Of a stretch of DNA of 64,000 nt, positions 60,151 through 64,000 are shown piece after piece. Made by a program: the position numbers and the translations under genes. Origin of the DNA: the human T2T-CHM13v2.0 reference genome, Homo sapiens; the NCBI RefSeq assembly GCF_009914755.1, contig NC_060926.1. One strand, written 5' to 3'. Below the pieces are notes generated by a model that saw nothing but the letters and a program-made list of their open reading frames with translations, did not search any database and was not told where the DNA came from. Within the stretch, counting starts at the first letter, position 1. Each line of letters starts with the position of its first letter.

Positions 60151-61307
60151 ACTGTGTGCCACCAGTTTACTGATACAGAGACTGGATTGTGTTGCCTCCT
60201 GTGCCATTCGTCTCCATTGTTACTGAGTCTGCTGTATGCCCACCCTTGATTAATGCTCTGGATATTGGGGTGGGGGGAGGACAAGACGTCTCTCCAGGAG
60301 CCTTACACTCAAGTGGGGGTGGAGGAGTCCAAAGATAAACACACAAGTAAGATCATTGTAAGGAATGATAAGTGCTGAAGGGCCATATGGGGCAATTGAA
60401 TAGAAAATACCTGGAGGGGCTCGGGAGTGGGGTATTCCTAGCATTTGGGAAGTGATTTGCCTGTATTGAAATAGTGACTACATTTCACACTTTAAAATGC
60501 TGGAAATGTGGTCATCTTCATGTCAGTTTTTGCCATGGGCTTGGGAGAGAGGAAGAAACACGCACTGTCAGAGCAGCTGCCTTGTGCACTGCTGATGACT
60601 GGGCTCAGGCCACCCTCTGGGGCTCATGCATTGAGGAGAGCAGAGGAGCTGCAATGGTGATGGGGTGGCTCTGGGTTCCTTGTGGCGGTCGTGGAGTTCA
60701 GGAGTGGGCTGGGGCACAGCAGCAGGCTGTGCGACGAAAGCAAGGAGAGCTGGCCAGTGTTGTCCCTGCCACCAACACCCCCAGGAGAGCATGCATCGGA
60801 ACAGGCAGCATGCCTAGGGAGAGCAGAACCTTTTGATGTGGATGCTGGTGCTCAAAAAAGGGAAACAGAGATGATTGTGAAACTCAAACATCCTCAGTCT
60901 CAGAAGAAGAGAAAGAAATGGAGAGGCAAGGCAGCCCTGACCGTAGGTGGTATGAAGTGCACCGGCCAGCTCACAGCCCCCCACACGGTAGGTCTAAATG
61001 AAACCCGCCAGTCAGCATGGGCCATACACCTGCTCAGAGCCCACAACCAGCCTTCTGGTTGGCCAAGGCTGCAGAGAAAACCCCTTCATCTGCCTCATCA
61101 ACCCACATGCTCTTATTCGTAGATAATGGACAACGAAGGTGTTTGTGGGAACCAACAGTAAAATGTGAAGGATAACTGATCTTAGTAAGAGTGACATTTT
61201 AGTGAAAGGGAATTTAAAAGGAAATTATAACTCCTATCAACAGAAGGATTTAATATGTTAGTTATTAATGATACTCATAAAATGAGGCAAACAGAGAGCA
61301 CGTGTTT

Positions 61308-61593
61308 GGCCCGGCGCAGTGGCTCATGCCTGTAATCCCAGCACTTTGAGAGGCTGAGGCAGGCAGATCCCCTGAGCCCAAGAGTTCAAGACCAATCTAG
61401 GCAACATGGTGAAACCCTGTCTTTACAAAAAATGCAAAAATTTAGCTGGGCATAGTGGCGAGTGCCTGTGGTCCCAGGGGAGACTGAGGTGGGAGAATAG
61501 CTTGAGCCCAAGAGGTCAAGGCTGCAGTGAGCCATGATCATGCCACTGTACTCCAGCCTGGGCAACAGAGTAAGGCCTATGTCAAAAAAATAA
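61308..61593 (+). mobile_element. AluJ
   Basis: GAGCCCAAGAGGTCAAGGCTGCAGTGAGC J-type right arm. Confidence 0.9.
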
Positions 61594-61599
61594 AGAGTA

Positions 61600-62100
61600 T
61601 GTGAAAATACTATAGGAGAAAAAGTTTTATGAATAAAGATTGTGAAAATAAAAAATTCATTAGATAAATACTGTAAAGAACGTGGCTAAAGACATGTTGG
61701 TAGTCAAAGATGTAACAGAAGAATATATGCTAGAAGCAAGTAAGGATATCTGAAGAGTCAAGTATCAAGTTGGATGGGAGAGGAGGCTCTGCAAAAATAC
61801 AAATAAAATCTTAAAACACACCAAAAATAGGAGAACAACAAGGTTACCTACAAAAGAAGAGAAATCTGACTCTAGACTTCTCAAGAGCAACATGCATTCT
61901 TAAATATAATGGAAATATTCCCTCCTAAGGACAAATAATTCTGAACCTAGAAGCCTATGCAAAGATGACTACTAATCAAATGAAGATAGAAAAAAAAGAC
62001 ATCTTTAGACAACCTACAGGGTTATACAACATCTCTGTCTTAAAGGGTTTTGAAAAAATTACTTAAGGGTCTACTCCAGAAAAAAAAGAAGAATCCAAAA
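61600..62100 (+). mobile_element. Degraded L1/HAL1 ORF1-like fragment
   Basis: A-rich; AAATAAAATCTTAAAA..GTTACCTACAAAAG..AGACTTCTCAA..AACCTAGAA. Confidence 0.5.
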
Positions 62101-62419
62101 GATATTCAGGCCTGGTTAAACCTTCCCTTCCTCATTCAAGGTCACTGGCTTCTCAAGATGTGCATGGCCATTATCCACTTCCATTCTTTTGGCCTGGAAC
62201 TTACATAGTCTTAAGTTGCCATTCTAATGAGGATCCACCAGAAGCCACATTTTGGAGAATCTTCCCAACTTGAATTTCAGGTATAGGTCCAGAGAAGGAG
62301 GTAAAACGTCAAGGTATTTTCTGACATGAATGTTTGGCCAGCCTAGTTTGGTGAAGCTGTATCCACATGTAACAATGCAGAGTTGTATTAACTTCCACAG
62401 TTATTTTCACATTTAAGTA

Positions 62420-62610
62420 GAGAGCAGGAAAACATAATGTCCAAGAGCAAGGGTTTCAGAGTCCAAATCACTGAATAGAATCCCATTTCTCCTGTCTCAG
62501 ACCCTTCTGAAGTTGTCTCACTAAACCCCAGCTTCCTTGTTTTTAAAATGGGGAAATGATGTCCACCTCTGTTCTATGGAGAAGAACACACGGCATTCCT
62601 TTGAAAAGCT
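62420..62610. mobile_element. MIR fragment
   Basis: CCCCAGCTTCCTTGTTTTTAAAATGGGGA core. Confidence 0.55.
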
Positions 62611-64000
62611 TGGCCGATGCTGACTTCACAGAATTACATCATTAATTCATCATCATGGTTATGCCAAAAGCAAGGAAGAGGGGAAAGAAATTATGTTCTT
62701 GAATTAATTTTTCAAATACAATAAAGCATTGACATAGCCTTTGAGTGGACATAATGGACATAGGGCTTAGACTTCACAAACCCATGCTCCCCAACAGACA
62801 GCATCCCACTATCATGGCAGCAAGGGGGCAGACAGAAGAAATGCTCTTCTGGACTTTCATGGATGTCCATGGAGCTGTCTGCTCCAGTTCTGTGTCCTGT
62901 GGTCACTTTATTCTGTAACTCCTGGTTGTGACATTTTTGTTCTAGGATGACAGATACCTTCTTGTCTCTAAAGTGTGTCTTTGTTGGGTTTTTGCAACTA
63001 TGGATATGTTTTTATCCTAACCAGATTGATGCTTAGACCTTTGTCAAAGGAAACCTTTCCCCTTCTCCTCTACATCCCCCCCTTCCCTACTTGAGGCCCC
63101 CAGCGGTTTCGAAATATTAAAGCCTTCGGGAGGGTTGAAGCTGATTTTCCAGGGGAGGTGGGGGAGGCGGGGACAGCAAATGTGTTTTGAGTATTGAACT
63201 GCCGTTGACATCTAAAGTCTCAACCATGCTGTTTTCTCCACACTTCAGCAATCAGGACATCCAGCAAACCCATAAAAAACCAAACTAATAGCATGAATAT
63301 TCAGTGACCTAGAATACTAATTATTGTCATGAATATTAATGTGATCGGACTTGCTCTTTCCTCTCCTCTTTCTCTCTCGTCCTCTTTCTCCCTCTCTCCC
63401 TCTCTTTTTTTCCACTTAGCCGGCTCTAAAGATGGGTCATAATGAGAGCATTTAAGAGGGAGCGCTCTCCGCCGTGACAGGGACCGGGGTAATAAGGAGA
63501 GCTTGATTAACGTGGTGCACTTGGGGGAGAGATGAGAGGCTTCACGTGGTCCTGTTCGGGGGAGGCAATGAGGCACCGGCGGCTCTGTTGCTGCTCCCGG
63601 AGATTAATGAGGCCTAAGAGTGCATTAGGAACAGTGACAAAGGTTTGATCTAATGGGCTCAGTCATTTTTCCTTTGAGTGACAGACGCACAGAAGTAATT
63701 GGCTGTGCAGAATGGCAGCTCATTGGCGGTACTTAAGGATACATTATCCCCGTTGTGTGGCCCGCAGAGGCTGTTTATCAAAACTGCTCACACTGCAGAC
63801 GCGGAGTCGCGAAGCTGCTGTTTCAGTGGTAATAGCTATTAAAAAAAAATAACGTGACATCAAAACTAGACCCGTTGTTGTCTCATGGAAAGAAAGTTTT
63901 TCTTTGTTTAGTTTCAAACGGTCTAGAAAACATTATAATAACTCTGGAGTCCGGAGTCTGTTGTGGGCCCTGGATGAGCAGTGTCAGTCCACACCTGTCC

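Overview
Primate genomic DNA, almost certainly human: the interior of AGAP1 (CENTG2, 2q37.2), transcribed on the + strand. Only two coding exons fall in the window (29169-29273 and 54587-54755), both encoding the split PH domain. The rest is intron, with about 25 Alu elements or fragments, MLT/ERVL, L1, L2, MIR, MER/Charlie elements and tandem repeats. The six-frame ORF track is almost all noise and misses the first exon. Highlights: (1) the known human-accelerated enhancer HACNS1/HAR2 (~10845-11390; 81-bp module 11168-11248), identified from recall. (2) An antisense TMSB10 retrocopy with an intact 43-codon ORF, fused to an Alu and enclosed with it in one target-site duplication, i.e. a chimeric Alu-mRNA retrocopy. 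(3) A candidate 34-nt exon next to HACNS1 whose terminal ATG would splice in frame to the PH exon. (4) Several homeodomain-motif-dense, repeat-free blocks consistent with the GBX2 regulatory landscape. (5) Traces of recent or templated local duplications. No wholly new system is demonstrated. Repeat names and locus identity come from recognition, not searches, and repeat boundaries are approximate.
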